The position numbers were made by a program, and so were the translations under genes. 64,000 nt of DNA from Pristiophorus japonicus (taxonomy: Eukaryota): NCBI RefSeq assembly GCF_044704955.1, contig NC_091997.1:5952001-6016000 (forward strand), in the 5' to 3' direction. Every line of letters begins with the position of its first letter. Positions within the stretch are counted from its first letter, which is position 1. Below, piece after piece: positions 63,919 to 64,000 of this stretch. Below the pieces are notes generated by a model that searched no databases, was not told the DNA's origin, and worked only from the letters and a program-made list of their open reading frames with translations.

Positions 63919-64000
63919 CTATGGCCATAAATATTTCATTCACATTCATTGCAGTCTTTGCTGATGTCTCCATGAACAGCAAGCTGTTGTCTTCTGCATA
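63919..64000 (-). CDS. RAB5C: RAB5C penultimate coding exon (runs off the window)
   Basis: [27 protein letters not shown] (G5 motif ETSAK), phase-1 donor AG|GTATGT matching the phase of the last exon. Confidence 0.93.

Overview
Repeat-rich vertebrate genomic DNA, most likely from a cartilaginous fish (shark-type CR1 LINEs with (CATAGAAA)n tails, DeuSINE/SacSINE1-like SINEs). The left two-thirds hold a rearranged cluster of six intronless small heat-shock (HSP30/HSPB9-like, alpha-crystallin domain, ACD) gene copies, labelled A, B, A', B', C and D. B and B' are intact, C has an in-frame 69-bp deletion, A and A' are split by the same antisense CR1 insertion, and D is a frameshifted pseudogene. 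The cluster is built from direct and inverted segmental duplications, and the ACD core is near-identical across all copies. The right end holds the last two coding exons of RAB5C on the minus strand, the same neighbour as amniote HSPB9. Between them are CR1, RTE and L2 LINE fragments, two Gypsy LTR elements, solo LTRs, hAT- and Harbinger-like MITEs, and a 33-bp CCAAT-box minisatellite. The most unusual item is a ~330-bp retroposed mosaic of U2 and U1 snRNA segments (SINEU-like). All alignments and identity estimates were made by eye; no database searches were run.
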